A DNA stretch of 64,000 nucleotides from Oikopleura dioica. Taxonomy: Eukaryota; Animalia; Chordata. Location of the stretch: assembly GCA_907165135.1 (NCBI GenBank), contig OU015569.1:7254001-7318000 (forward strand), written 5' to 3'. The notes under the pieces were generated by a model that was given only the letters and a program-made list of their open reading frames with translations, searched no databases and was not told where the DNA came from. This document shows, one piece after another, positions 63,101 to 64,000 of this stretch; position 1 is the first letter of the stretch, and the number at the start of each line of letters is the position of its first letter. A program made the position numbers and the translations under genes.

Positions 63101-63779
63101 ATGGCGGCGAAAGATAACAATACGACTCCTATGCCCGCGCCACCCGACTATTTCAAAGAGTTCACCGATGACAATGTCCGCAATAACACCTGCCCCAAGC
63201 CTCCGAAAATACCAACTGACGCTGTCAAAATTTTCGGAACAGACCAGGCAACTATAGCAATTAGAAATGTTAAAATATAAATCATGAACCAAATAGTGCT
63301 CCAGTTGGGGAACTGTTCGACCACTCGAAACCTACAATTTCCCCCGACTCCATCCTCAATATTGCGACCACCGAAAGGAGCTTAAAAAGATGGTACAATC
63401 CGTTGCTATCGGATTTCTTGACCTACTCGACATTCTTACAAAAGTACCTGACTCCCGAGAACGAAACCAGAGAATTGATGATCTTATGCTTCTGGTACAC
63501 GGTTGAGAACTATCTTTTTTTACTTAAAATTTTAAGTTCATTCACATTCATCATATGATCAACGAGTTTAGACCACACCAAGCTCGCGAAAGTCTCAAGG
63601 TACACCCGAGCTTCGATAATGATATGTTATGACATCATATAATTTAGCTTATTCTCGAAGTACAAAAAAGAAGGCGAGAAACCCTTTCGCTAAATCTGAA
63701 GAAAGTGATCGAGAAATGTACTCAGAGCCTATCAGAAGCGAAGAAGATCCTAGAACCCGACCCGCATGAGATTCTCTGA
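63101..63779 (+). CDS. MED7: Mediator subunit 7
   Basis: [12 protein letters not shown]; VRPLE...DHRKELKK; FLDLLDIL; [20 protein letters not shown]. Confidence 0.95.
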
Positions 63780-63894
63780 CTTCATGTTTTTCAATTCTAG
63801 TTGAACTGTTTGAACTGCCACTGCGAATATTCTTGTGTAAATTATCGGTTATTTCTTTCATCTACTTGTAGCTTCAGAGATAACCACTGATTCG

Positions 63895-64000
63895 ATGGCA
63901 TCACAGCAAAATTTTCTCGGGTCATCACCTCTTCCTAAGAAAAGGTTTCTTGAGACTACCCAAGAATCTTATTCCTCATATATCAATTATAAGACAATCA
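63895..64000 (+). CDS. 5' end of the next gene, truncated by the window edge
   Basis: ATG after ttcag; open frame MASQQNFLGSSPLPKKRFLE runs to the end of the window. Confidence 0.4.
   Translation, partial: MASQQNFLGSSPLPKKRFLETTQESYSSYINYKTI

Overview
This is gene-dense eukaryotic DNA, not prokaryotic. Introns are mostly 35-70 nt, many are non-canonical (GA-AG, GC-AG, GG-AG), and co-oriented genes sit 100-350 bp apart, often with an AG acceptor directly before the ATG. This pattern points to an appendicularian tunicate such as Oikopleura dioica with SL trans-spliced operons (inferred; no search was run). Because exons are short, the ORF track fragments or misses genes, so gene models were spliced by hand. 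Recognisable genes are IRE1, FMC1, NIF3L1, RPA3-like, MRPS15, CPLANE2/RSG1, SELENOK (in-frame UGA plus a SECIS candidate), TP53RK, SEPSECS, a PLA2-like protein, MMACHC, a class A GPCR, a GT31 glycosyltransferase, two secreted Leu/Met-repeat proteins, SYTL4/5-like, SLC35C2, EFHB, NAT9 and MED7. A divergent ribosomal-protein cluster contains RPS19 and RPL35 on one side and RPL37A, RPS24 and RPL18 on the other. The most notable observations are: a hidden protein with four CxxCxxCxxC motifs; IRE1 spliced into a ~360-aa tail ending in an NLS-like motif; a recurring non-canonical donor AG|GAATGG(ATT); an eL43 that has lost two of its four Zn ligands; long structured introns in ribosomal-protein genes; and an SGNH-like domain fused to GT31. 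No rRNA, tRNA, CRISPR array or intact transposon was seen.
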